From contig OY776510.1 of NCBI GenBank assembly GCA_963675665.1, positions 2,912,001-2,976,000 on the forward strand: a stretch of DNA of 64,000 bases, in the 5' to 3' direction. Positions within the stretch are counted from its first letter, which is position 1, and each line of letters starts with the position of its first letter. The notes beneath the pieces were generated by a model, which was given only the letters and a program-made list of their open reading frames with translations, did no database searches and was not told the DNA's origin. The position numbers were made by a program, and so were the translations under genes. Below are positions 19,657 through 29,254 of this stretch, one piece after another. The DNA is from Spirochaetia bacterium (GTDB lineage: Bacteria; Spirochaetota; Spirochaetia; UBA9216).

Positions 19657-20745
19657 ATGATGCAGACCGATCGCAGAAGCAACAGCCTTTCCGCAGATGG
19701 CGGAAAGGTCGTCTTTCATAAGAAGCAATTAGCCAGTACTTTTACATTTACAGGCATTCTTATCCTGTCTGTAATTCTGTTATTCGTTGTTTTTACGGCA
19801 TCTCTGGCAATCGGCAGGTTCGGAGTTCCTTTCGGCTGTACATTAAGAATCCTGTTTTCAAAGATATTTACTGTCGAACGGGTTTGGAACAATATAGAAG
19901 AGGCAGTGGTAATGGACCTCCGGTTGCCGCGAACAACAGCCGCAATCATAATAGGAGCATCGCTGGCTCTCTCCGGGGCAACATATCAGAGTATTTTCAA
20001 AAATCCCATGGTATCGCCCGACCTGCTTGGTGTATCTTCAGGCGCCTGTGTGGGCGCGGCTCTGGCAATCCTGATGAGTGCCGGAAGCGCTGTAATTCAA
20101 GTCGGAGCTTTTGCGGGCGGTTTGCTTGCAGTAGCTGTAACGGTTACAATCCCGACATTGATTCGCAACAGTTCCACCACTGTTCTGGTCCTCTCCGGAA
20201 TCGTTATCAGCAGTCTGATGTCCTCAATCATGAGTATAATCAAGTTTGTGGCAGATACGGATACGCAATTGGCGGAAATTACCTACTGGCTGATGGGTTC
20301 GTTTGCATCAATTACTTTTACCCAGATGCTGCCTGTTCTGCCTGCCATTCTTGTTCCGGCAGTTATCATACTGCTAATGCGTTACAGGCTGAATGTGCTT
20401 TCGCTCGGCGATAAAGAAGCAAGATCGCTTGGAGTAAATCTTAGGACAACGCGGGGAATGTTCATTCTTTGTTCAACACTGATAACCGCCGGCTGCGTAT
20501 GCCTGTCCGGAACAATCGGATGGGTGGGCCTTATTATTCCACATACGGCGCGAATGATAATAGGTTCTGACAATAAAAAGATGCTCCCTGTTGCGATGAT
20601 TTTCGGAGGAATCTTCATGCTGATTATAGATATTCTTTGCAGAACGATAACCTCAGCTGAATTAAGGCTGGGTATTCTGACTGGAGTAATCGGCGCTCCG
20701 TTTTTTATTTTTATCCTTTTTAAGCAAAAGAAGCAAATAAAATGA
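19657..20745 (+). CDS. FecCD/BtuC-family ABC permease
   Basis: RLPR, FKNPMVSPDLLGVSSGA and GWVGLIIPH motifs. Confidence 0.93.
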   Translation: MMQTDRRSNSLSADGGKVVFHKKQLASTFTFTGILILSVILLFVVFTASLAIGRFGVPFGCTLRILFSKIFTVERVWNNIEEAVVMDLRLPRTTAAIIIGASLALSGATYQSIFKNPMVSPDLLGVSSGACVGAALAILMSAGSAVIQVGAFAGGLLAVAVTVTIPTLIRNSSTTVLVLSGIVISSLMSSIMSIIKFVADTDTQLAEITYWLMGSFASITFTQMLPVLPAILVPAVIILLMRYRLNVLSLGDKEARSLGVNLRTTRGMFILCSTLITAGCVCLSGTIGWVGLIIPHTARMIIGSDNKKMLPVAMIFGGIFMLIIDILCRTITSAELRLGILTGVIGAPFFIFILFKQKKQIK

Positions 20746-21512
20746 TATTAGAAGTAAATAAACTGAGTTTTCATTATCATAACAGCCGTATGATTTTTCA
20801 AGACGTAGGATTCAGCGTAAACAAGGGAGAAGTACTGACGATTCTCGGAACAAACGGAGCCGGCAAATCAACACTTCTCAACTGCATTGCCAATCTCAGC
20901 AAACCGCAAACCGGAGAGATCCTGCTTGACGGGCAGCCGATGTCAAAGATGCATATTCGTGATGTTGCGCAGATTATCGGATACGTGCCGCAGATCCACA
21001 CTCCGGCATACGGCTATTCAGTGCAGGAGTATGTTGTTATGGGCCGTACACCGTATATAGGCGCTTTTTCATCGCCTGGTGCCGGGGATTACAAAATTGC
21101 CGATGAAGCGTTGGAGCGGATGGGAATTGTGCATCTTCGGGATAAACTGTATACGGAAATTTCAGGCGGGGAGCGTCAACAGGTTCTGATTGCCCGGGTA
21201 TTTGCTCAGAAACCGCAATTAATCCTCCTGGACGAACCGACGGCTCACCTGGATTACGGAAACCAGTATCGTGTAGTACAGATGATCCGAATGCTTGCTG
21301 AAGAAGGGTACGCGATGATAATGACTACTCATAACCCTGAGCACGCTTTCATTCTCAACGGAAAGGTCGCAATTCTCAATCGTGAAGGCGTTTTAGGGGT
21401 CGGCCGTGCAGTGGAAACCCTAAACGCGGAAACACTTTCGAATCTTTATGAGCTGTCAATAAAAACGATATACGACGACGATGCGAAACGTAATATCTGT
21501 ATTGTTTTTTAA
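20742..21512 (+). CDS. ABC ATPase (FecE/BtuD-like)
   Basis: GTNGAGKST, ISGGERQ and LLDEPT motifs. Confidence 0.94.
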   Translation: MILEVNKLSFHYHNSRMIFQDVGFSVNKGEVLTILGTNGAGKSTLLNCIANLSKPQTGEILLDGQPMSKMHIRDVAQIIGYVPQIHTPAYGYSVQEYVVMGRTPYIGAFSSPGAGDYKIADEALERMGIVHLRDKLYTEISGGERQQVLIARVFAQKPQLILLDEPTAHLDYGNQYRVVQMIRMLAEEGYAMIMTTHNPEHAFILNGKVAILNREGVLGVGRAVETLNAETLSNLYELSIKTIYDDDAKRNICIVF

Positions 21513-21577
21513 CATTATCTTTACAACATAAAAACTAAATATTAATATTCACCAATAAAAAAATAAAAGGAGCTAAA

Positions 21578-22405
21578 ATGAAATTTAAAATCTCTGTATT
21601 GGCTGCGGCCATTATTTTTATCATTATACTTTTGAGTTGCACAACAAATTCCGGATTGACAGTAAAAAAAACCGGAGCACTGTTTAAAAAACCCGAATGT
21701 GTTGTTTTTGATGAGCAAAACCAATGTTTATATATAAGTAATATCAACGGATCCCCGTCAAAAAAAGACGGCAATGGTTTTATTTCAAAGACTTCAACGG
21801 AAGGGGAGATTATAGAGCAGGAATGGATTGACGGACTTGATGCACCAAAAGGCATGTTTATAAAGGACGAGATTCTTTATTGTACGGATATTAATAATTT
21901 AGTATTGATTGATATTACGATTGGCGAAATCGTTAAAAAAACAGAAATTCCCGGCTCGCTTTTTCTTAATGATTTGGTAGTTACTAATGATAAAACTATT
22001 ATCATAACAGATTCAAAAAAAGATTCAGTGTTTAAAGTTGATGATCAGAAAATCAGTATGTCGAACGTAAAACTTAAAGGTGCAAACGGTATTTATTATG
22101 ATGGGGAAAATATATATTTGGGTGCAAATGGAGATATTAATATATACAACCAGGAAACCGATTCAATAGAAGTTTTTCAGGCGGGTGTCGGAAATGTCGA
22201 CGGAATTATAGTAACAAAGAGCTGTGTTTTATTTACAAATTATTTTAACAGGTTTTCCGAAATTGAAAATAATAAAACTGTTGATATAGACAAGGGCATT
22301 CCATTTATCGACTGCAGAACGGACTTTTGTCAATTGACGGATGGTACTGTTGTTATCCCGGATTTCGATTCCAGATTGTTTTTTTATGAGAAGGTGTTAA
22401 GATAA
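21578..22405 (+). CDS. SMP-30/gluconolactonase-like beta-propeller lipoprotein
   Basis: Lipobox LLSC; PE.V, DGNGFISK, APKGM, FLNDL, ANGI and DGI propeller motifs. Confidence 0.7.
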   Translation: MKFKISVLAAAIIFIIILLSCTTNSGLTVKKTGALFKKPECVVFDEQNQCLYISNINGSPSKKDGNGFISKTSTEGEIIEQEWIDGLDAPKGMFIKDEILYCTDINNLVLIDITIGEIVKKTEIPGSLFLNDLVVTNDKTIIITDSKKDSVFKVDDQKISMSNVKLKGANGIYYDGENIYLGANGDINIYNQETDSIEVFQAGVGNVDGIIVTKSCVLFTNYFNRFSEIENNKTVDIDKGIPFIDCRTDFCQLTDGTVVIPDFDSRLFFYEKVLR

Positions 22406-22471
22406 TTAAACCAACAGGGAATTATCCTGATAAAATAATGTTTTAAGCAGTAACTTGTAAGGAAGAAGTTT

Positions 22472-22996
22472 GTGAATGATTTACAGGTATTGGGGCTTTC
22501 CGGAGATTTTACAATAATAACACTGAAAAAAGCCTTTCGGCAAAAGTCCAAACAGTTTCATCCGGACAGGAATAATGACAATTTAAAAAGCCACCTGGCC
22601 ATGATCAGGGTGAACCAGGCCTACTCGAATCTAATGAAGACTTTAAACGAAAAAAACAGCAAGGATAATACTGAAAAGAGTTTTGATCCTTATTCAATAT
22701 ATAAAGAAGGAATAATGAGATTTCAGTCAATTCACCCTTCCAGATGGAAAACAATAAGCAAAACAGCTCTGTTTAATGCTGATGCTGTTGAAACACATCC
22801 TGAAACAACCGGGATTCTGAGAGTATTAATAAATGATATGGCTAAAGCTTATCATAGCTTTTCAATCATTGCCAATGAGTATCCGGCCAGCTGCTGGGCT
22901 CAAGACGCCGAAAACAAGCTCAGAGAGATTGAAAAAATGACTGAAAGATATAGAAAAATACTGGATTCATATCAGAGAGAAATGAATTTCAATTAA
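22472..22996 (+). CDS. J-domain protein with a helical C-terminus
   Basis: LKKAFRQKSKQFHPD (HPD motif); GTG start with an upstream AAGGAAG. Confidence 0.8.
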   Translation: MNDLQVLGLSGDFTIITLKKAFRQKSKQFHPDRNNDNLKSHLAMIRVNQAYSNLMKTLNEKNSKDNTEKSFDPYSIYKEGIMRFQSIHPSRWKTISKTALFNADAVETHPETTGILRVLINDMAKAYHSFSIIANEYPASCWAQDAENKLREIEKMTERYRKILDSYQREMNFN

Positions 22997-23001
22997 CCAA
23001 T

Positions 23002-23166
23002 GGGGACTTCTAAAAACTGCAGTTTTATAAAACTTTAGTTTTCGAAGCCTTCCTTAGATGTATTGGATGCTTACTTATTAACTGATAAGGAAATAAGTAA
23101 ACTCCCGGAAACACAATGTGTTTCAAACCTCTGATAAACCCAATTTAGGGTTATTAGAGGTGCCCC
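23002..23166. repeat. MITE/REP-like multi-hairpin intergenic element
   Basis: Imperfect terminal inverted repeats GGGGACTTCTAAAAAC ... GTTATTAGAGGTGCCCC enclosing several internal palindromes. Confidence 0.6.
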
Positions 23167-23191
23167 AATTATTTTTTATACGGAGGGAAAA

Positions 23192-23530
23192 ATGAAAGAC
23201 GAATTATTTATTCTGTGGACAAACGACAATCCGATAGTGTCTGAAAAAATGGTCTGCATGTATGCCCATAATGCAGTTAAAAAAAAGTGGTGGGATGAAG
23301 TAACCATAATTATCTGGGGGGCCACGGCAAAATATGCGGCAACAGACAAGAATATCAGAAACCGGATAACCGGGATGCAGAGCGATGGAGTTAAATTTTC
23401 AGCCTGTATTTCATGTGCCGAGCAGTTAGGTGTCTGCGATGAACTTGCAGAAATCGGAATTGAGCTAAAAAAATGGGGAGAACCTTTAACTGAAATAATT
23501 AAAAAAGGCAAAAAACTCATAACTGTATAA
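23192..23530 (+). CDS. DsrE-family protein
   Basis: ILWT, MYAHNA, WWDEVTIIIWGAT and ACISCA; RBS GGAGGG. Confidence 0.85.
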   Translation: MKDELFILWTNDNPIVSEKMVCMYAHNAVKKKWWDEVTIIIWGATAKYAATDKNIRNRITGMQSDGVKFSACISCAEQLGVCDELAEIGIELKKWGEPLTEIIKKGKKLITV

Positions 23531-23531
23531 A

Positions 23532-24512
23532 ATGAAAGATGACGCAAAGAAAACAATAAGATCATTAAAAGAAATAAATAATTTTCCTTTTTATACAGCA
23601 ACATACTATGGGAATTACAGAATTGATGAATACATGCAGGGTGCTGTAGATTCTCCCGATGCGGTAATTCCTTTCTTTGAGGATTTGCTAAAAAATATAG
23701 GCGCCCCTTTTAAACTCTCTTTTCACCGTCCTCCTTCCGGGCAGCCCGGTTGCAGTGCTTTTTATTGCAAAACAGTTGCCGGTGATGCTGTAGTAGGCAA
23801 AAATCTTGATTGGATGCAGGCTCCTGTTCTTCTGCTGAGAACCAGGCCGGTTGGCGGATTAGAATCGCTTTCAATGGTAAACCTCAATTTTTGTGACTTT
23901 TTCAATACGGGATCTTTCAAGTATAAATTGCTGCTGTCGCCCTATGTGCCGCTTGACGGTATAAATAAAAGCGGTTTGGTTGTTTCGATGCTCTCGGTTG
24001 AAAAAGGAGCTGAATACCCGGTCAAGCCGGGCCGAATCATGGTTGGAGATTTTAATATTATCAGAATAATCCTGGATTCATGTAATGACGTTGGAGAAGC
24101 GGTGGATGTATTTAAGAAATACAATCTGATGATGACGGGAATGCTGTCGTTACATTACCTGATTGCCGATAAAAATAGATCATGTATTGTTGAATTTACA
24201 AACGGCGAAATGAATATTGAAGAAAACAAACAGGTCAACTATTTAACAAATTTCATTAAACTGAAGAATGATTCTCTTGAGACGGAAAAACGTAATTGTG
24301 ATCGTTATTGTAAAATTGAAAAAACATTAATTGAAAACAATAATCATCTGAATACCAGGCAGGCAGCAACATTATTAAAAGAAGTTTCAGTTTTTCAGCC
24401 GGAATATAAAATACCAAGTACGATCTGGTCCATTGTTTATGATATTAATTCGCTGAATATGAAAATACGAACAGGCTGTGAACCAAAACAATATTCTGTT
24501 AAACTAAGCTGA
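23532..24512 (+). CDS. Ntn-hydrolase (linear amide C-N hydrolase / choloylglycine hydrolase-like)
   Basis: Propeptide followed by GCSAF (Cys nucleophile), GKNLDW, DGINKSGL, HYLIAD and TNF. Confidence 0.8.
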   Translation: MKDDAKKTIRSLKEINNFPFYTATYYGNYRIDEYMQGAVDSPDAVIPFFEDLLKNIGAPFKLSFHRPPSGQPGCSAFYCKTVAGDAVVGKNLDWMQAPVLLLRTRPVGGLESLSMVNLNFCDFFNTGSFKYKLLLSPYVPLDGINKSGLVVSMLSVEKGAEYPVKPGRIMVGDFNIIRIILDSCNDVGEAVDVFKKYNLMMTGMLSLHYLIADKNRSCIVEFTNGEMNIEENKQVNYLTNFIKLKNDSLETEKRNCDRYCKIEKTLIENNNHLNTRQAATLLKEVSVFQPEYKIPSTIWSIVYDINSLNMKIRTGCEPKQYSVKLS

Positions 24513-24624
24513 GAAAGATTTCATTGATAGAATTTTAGATAAGCATTAGAATTAAAACTCAAAATGTCCTCTTGCCGAATATTTCTCTATTTTGTGCTTT
24601 AGCGGCAGGGACGGGGAGAAACAA

Positions 24625-26097
24625 ATGTTAAATTATTCCGGTTATGATGCGGTCGGGCTTTCAGAGCTTATAAGGAAGGGAGAAATCTCTGCCGTTGAAG
24701 CGACCGAGGCTGCGATCAGTAATATTCAAAGAATTAACCCGGTTTTGAATGCCGTAATATTCAAAGAGTATGAGAAGGCTGTTAAAACTGCCAGAATGCT
24801 TGACAAGTGGGATTCGCGGCTTGAAAAAAGCAGCTTATACGGTGTGCCTTTTCTGATTAAAAACCTGGTTGCTGATTGTAAGGGAATTCCTTTCAGCGAT
24901 GGATCTCGGGCAGTGCACGGCTTTGAATCCAGTGTTGATGCTGAGTTGATCAGAAGGCAGAAAGAAGCCGGTCTGATTGTTTTGGGCAGAAGTAATGCGT
25001 CGGAGTTCGGAGTTATGCCGACTACCGAGCCGGATATGTACGGACCAACTCTCAATCCGTGGAATACCGAATATACCGCGGGTGGTTCCAGCGGCGGTTC
25101 AGCGGCTGCTGTTGCGTCCGGAATGGTTCCGGTAGCCCATGGAAACGACGGTGGGGGATCGTTGCGGATACCGGCTTCCTGCTGCGGAATTTTCACTCTA
25201 AAACCTTCACGTGCACGCAACCCCCTGGGGCCTGTGTTCGGGGATCTTTCCGGAGGGATTGTATGTGAACATTGTCTTTCACGCAGCGTAAGGGATTCTG
25301 CCGCCATGCTTGATATCACCTCGGGACCGGAACCCGGAGATCCATATTGTGCTCCTGAATTCAGCGGATCATACCTGCAGGAAACCGGGAAAGATCCGGG
25401 GAAATTGAAAATCGGTATACTGTCAGAAGTTCCTGAAGGCTGGGGTAATGACGCCGGGCTGCACAGAGATTGTCTTGAAGCCGTAAATGATGCGGCAGGG
25501 CTATGCATGGAACTTGGGCATACTGTTGAGGAAATCAGATCCGCAGAATTGTCGTGGCCGGACCTTCCCAAAACATTTATAGATGTTTTCAGCTGTTTTG
25601 TCGGTCATGAGATTGAATACTGGCAGCGCCAGCTTAACAGGAAGATCTCCGAAAACGAACTTGAGCCTGCAACCTGGAACCTTTACCGGGCCGGAAAAGC
25701 CATCAGCGGCGCTGATTACCTCTCCGCATGGGAAAATCTTCAGCTTTTTACCCGGAAGACAGCACGCTGGTATATCGACGGCGAATGGGACTTGATTCTT
25801 TCGCCGGTGATGTGCGTACCGCCTCTGAAGACAGGTTCGTTTAAACCGGACCCTGATGCTCCCGACAAGTGGTTGGAAAATGCGCAGGCTTTTGTAGGTT
25901 TGACGCGTGTGCAGAACATAACCGGTCAGCCTGCCGTATCTGTTCCGCTGTTCTGGAATAACGACGGACTTCCGATAGGCGTTCAGTTTGCAGGCCGTTT
26001 TGGAAGTGAAGCTGGTCTTTTCAGGTTATCAGCACAGCTTGAAAAAGCCCGTCCGTGGTTTAAACGCACGCCGTCGGTTTTTGCTGAAGAGCAGTAG
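24625..26097 (+). CDS. Amidase-signature family enzyme
   Basis: GVPFLIKN, GGSSGGS and DGGGSLRIPAS (Ser-cisSer-Lys triad); ATG 24625 follows GGAG. Confidence 0.93.
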   Translation: MLNYSGYDAVGLSELIRKGEISAVEATEAAISNIQRINPVLNAVIFKEYEKAVKTARMLDKWDSRLEKSSLYGVPFLIKNLVADCKGIPFSDGSRAVHGFESSVDAELIRRQKEAGLIVLGRSNASEFGVMPTTEPDMYGPTLNPWNTEYTAGGSSGGSAAAVASGMVPVAHGNDGGGSLRIPASCCGIFTLKPSRARNPLGPVFGDLSGGIVCEHCLSRSVRDSAAMLDITSGPEPGDPYCAPEFSGSYLQETGKDPGKLKIGILSEVPEGWGNDAGLHRDCLEAVNDAAGLCMELGHTVEEIRSAELSWPDLPKTFIDVFSCFVGHEIEYWQRQLNRKISENELEPATWNLYRAGKAISGADYLSAWENLQLFTRKTARWYIDGEWDLILSPVMCVPPLKTGSFKPDPDAPDKWLENAQAFVGLTRVQNITGQPAVSVPLFWNNDGLPIGVQFAGRFGSEAGLFRLSAQLEKARPWFKRTPSVFAEEQ

Positions 26098-26112
26098 CAC
26101 AGGAAAGCTAAA

Positions 26113-26979
26113 ATGAACTATTTTCATATAGATGTATTTTCATCAAAACCATTGTCCGGAAACGGATTGACGGTTGTTTTTCCTGATAAAGAACTGGAAA
26201 GTGCGCATATGCAGGAAATAACCCGTGAGTTTAATCAGTTTGAAACTATATTTCTTTATCCCTTGAATGATAACAATTATAGAGCCAGAATATTTACTGT
26301 AGATGAAGAACTGAATTTTGCCGGACATCCTGTACTGGGAGCATCGGCAGCAATATTTAATATAAACGGTAAAAAGGATAAAGAACAGAATATAAATATT
26401 GTTGTGAATAATCGAACAATAGAAACAAAAGTAAAAATGGAAGGAAAAAATATTTTTGTTGAAATGAATCAGGGCAAACCTGAATTTATTTCAACCCTGA
26501 AAGCCGGGAATATTAAAGAGATAATATCAGCATTGAACCTGGATATCTTCGACATACATACGGAATATCCCGTAGAAGTTGTATCTACCGGGTTGCCGTA
26601 CCTGCTATTGCCTTTAAAAGATTTCAATATACTGGGGAAGGCTGAAATAATATCAGGTGATTTTGAAAAATTACTTGAAAAAACCGGAGCAAAATTTATT
26701 TATGTTTTTGAACCAGCTGAAATTGAGTGCAGAACCTGGGATAATACGGGGAGAGTAGAGGATGTTGCTACCGGAAGCGCAGCCGGACCGCTTGGCGCCT
26801 ACCTTGTAAAAAACGGGTTTAAATCTGTCAATGAAGAAATCGTAATAAGTCAGGGCCGCTTTGTTCACCGGCAAAGTCAAATATATTGCAGTGTAGACGG
26901 AGAAACAAACGAAGTGAGCATTAAAGGGCCGGTTGCTTTTTTTGCGCATGGTGCTGTTCTGCATGACTTTTTACCCTGA
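26113..26979 (+). CDS. PhzF-family isomerase/epimerase
   Basis: DVFS...GN, FET, ELNFAGHP and EDVATGSA motifs. Confidence 0.9.
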   Translation: MNYFHIDVFSSKPLSGNGLTVVFPDKELESAHMQEITREFNQFETIFLYPLNDNNYRARIFTVDEELNFAGHPVLGASAAIFNINGKKDKEQNINIVVNNRTIETKVKMEGKNIFVEMNQGKPEFISTLKAGNIKEIISALNLDIFDIHTEYPVEVVSTGLPYLLLPLKDFNILGKAEIISGDFEKLLEKTGAKFIYVFEPAEIECRTWDNTGRVEDVATGSAAGPLGAYLVKNGFKSVNEEIVISQGRFVHRQSQIYCSVDGETNEVSIKGPVAFFAHGAVLHDFLP

Positions 26980-27045
26980 ACTGTTTTGATAATTTGACAA
27001 TGACGGTATATAAAACTAAGATTGAATAAAGGCGGATAGCAGTTA

Positions 27046-28449
27046 ATGGTTGGCGAATTGGCGTTATTCTTTGCGTTATTCAATAACATTGCCATTTTCA
27101 TTGCATTGATATCATTATACAGTTATCTTTACAATCTTTCCTCGCCTCTTAACGGGATTATACGACAGTTTTTATCGGGCTCATCTCGGCGGAAGCGGTG
27201 TTCTTGCAGGGGTGTTCGGGGTAATACTGGCGGCATCGGCCGGAACTCTTCTTTACTTCTGGAAAGACAGCTTTTCTTCAATTACTAAAGCTGCTTTTCG
27301 TTCGTTTATTTCCGTAATCATTATTCTTCCCGGATTTCTGCTTGTCGGAGATCTTCAGACAGGCCGGAATCTGATGATCGATATGAGCCTTCCGTTCGGC
27401 ACGGCGATTTTTACCGGTATTTTTCTCGGAGGCTTGCTTCTTAAACGGGAAGAAGCCCGTGTTCAAGTTGAAAAATCTTTGGCCGTAAGTGAAGAAAAAT
27501 ATCATGTACTTTTCGAATCGTTGCCGCTCGGAATCATTATTACCGATAAGAAAGGACATGTTATGCAGACTAATGCCCTGGCGGCTGATCTACCGGCGAT
27601 TGATCCTTATTCCCGGGAAACGATAGATTCGGGTATCAGGATTGTTAATTCGGAAAGGGAGGTTATATTGCCTTCCGAATACCCGGAAGTACTGGCCCTG
27701 AACGAAAACAGAAAGATTTCCAACCAGGAAATGGGTATAGTTTACCCGGATGGAAAGGAGTCGTGGTATAACGTTACGGTTGCGCCCATCCCCCTTAAAG
27801 ATTACGGAATTGGAATAGTTTATAATGATATCACCGAACCAAAAATAACATGCAGATGATTATAGCCCTGATGGAGACCCAGGTAAGTTATATTAATGAT
27901 GAAAGACTCCGTACCGCTATAGAAGATACACAGAACAGGATTTATTCAATGTCGCTGGTTCATGAAAAAATGTACCAATCGGGGGACCTTTCTCATATAA
28001 ATTTGGCCGAATACGCTCAGGAGCTTGTGTTATGGTTATTAGACAGTTTTGAGTTAGACAGCAGACAGATAGGTATTCAATACGATATTAAAGATGTTAA
28101 TATATCAATTGAAACAGCGATTCCCTGCGGTCTGATTTTGCAGGAATTAATTACAAATGTTTTCAAACATGCTTTCCCGTCGGGAGAACGAGGTAATATG
28201 ATCATAAAAATCGAAAGAGCAGAGGATGACAGTATTAATCTGGTTGTAGATGATGATGGAGCGGGCGTTCCGCCTTCAATGAATATAAGAGAAGATGGAA
28301 AGCTGGGCATATCGACAATTATTGCCCTGGCGGAAATGCAATTAAGAGGCAAAATGCAATTCGATACTGCAAAGGGGCTTAAAGTCTCGATTAATTTCAG
28401 GGATGATTTTCAGGTTTCAGGAAAAGTTGAACAGGTCGCGGAGAAATAA
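27046..28449 (+). pseudogene. Disrupted 5TM-5TMR_LYT / PAS / HisKA_2 sensor kinase split over three ORFs
   Basis: Three consecutive ORFs encode the LytS-like membrane domain, PAS and HATPase parts. The H-box YHRTKNNMQ is out of frame with the PAS segment. Frameshifts lie near 27175 and 27830. Confidence 0.8.
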
Positions 28450-28461
28450 TCTTTAGTAATC

Positions 28462-29241
28462 ATGAATATAATCTATAAAGATCATTATCAGCTTCTCGGT
28501 ATAAACAGGTTGTCGACCCGCTCACAGATTAAAAATGCTTTTCGCCGGCTGTCGATGGTTCATCATCCCGATAAAAATAAAAACTCAGAAAAATCAAACC
28601 GGATATACAAACTGATTTTGAATGCTTATAAAATATTGTCGGATAACGAAACAAAAAAGGAATACGATGATTTTCTGAGAAAAAGCAGATTTATTAAAAA
28701 TACAGGAAAAACCGGCAACCTAAAGCTGGAAAACAGGTCTTTCTTCAACAATAAAGATATTTTGCAACAGATTAATTTAACTTTATGGGAGTTAGATGAT
28801 TTTATTTCAAAAACCCATGTTAATAATTTCCGGCGCTATATTTTGATAATCCTTACTTTTTTGGATAAATGGATTCTTGAGCCTGGCGGATTTCCTGATT
28901 ATTTTATGGAAGCGAGAAAACTGGAACGAATCGATCCCAGGGAATATATTAAAATTCTGGATGCGGATATTCCTTTTAAAAATTATATGCCGTACCTCAG
29001 TGTTAATGACTATTATGTTGATATTAGAAAAAGAACCGACAAATTTATTACAAAATATGAAAACAGGACCGAATGGAAAGAACCCGGGGACTCCGAGGTA
29101 AATCTTCTGGATGGAATAATAGAATACAACAATATGGCAATACATTACCTGAGTTATATGTTAAATATAAAACCCGGCAAAGAAGGCAGAATCCCGCCAT
29201 TTGAATTTTCAGGCGAGGTATACAATTTTGATTATAAATGA
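28462..29241 (+). CDS. J-domain protein with an uncharacterised C-terminus
   Basis: DHYQLLG, HHPDKN and AYKILSD motifs. Confidence 0.85.
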   Translation: MNIIYKDHYQLLGINRLSTRSQIKNAFRRLSMVHHPDKNKNSEKSNRIYKLILNAYKILSDNETKKEYDDFLRKSRFIKNTGKTGNLKLENRSFFNNKDILQQINLTLWELDDFISKTHVNNFRRYILIILTFLDKWILEPGGFPDYFMEARKLERIDPREYIKILDADIPFKNYMPYLSVNDYYVDIRKRTDKFITKYENRTEWKEPGDSEVNLLDGIIEYNNMAIHYLSYMLNIKPGKEGRIPPFEFSGEVYNFDYK

Positions 29242-29254
29242 GGCAATTTGCAGA

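Noticed and set aside
18508-21512. Plain iron-siderophore or cobalamin transporter
   Set aside because: The fold fits, but the upstream Moco-type RNA and WtpA-like gene point to Mo/W; no cobalamin riboswitch or clear Fur box was seen. The substrate remains unproven.
24726-25571. Long antisense ORFs (281 aa here; also 8974-9756 and 38462-39115)
   Set aside because: Shadow frames of well-supported genes, with no motifs or RBS.
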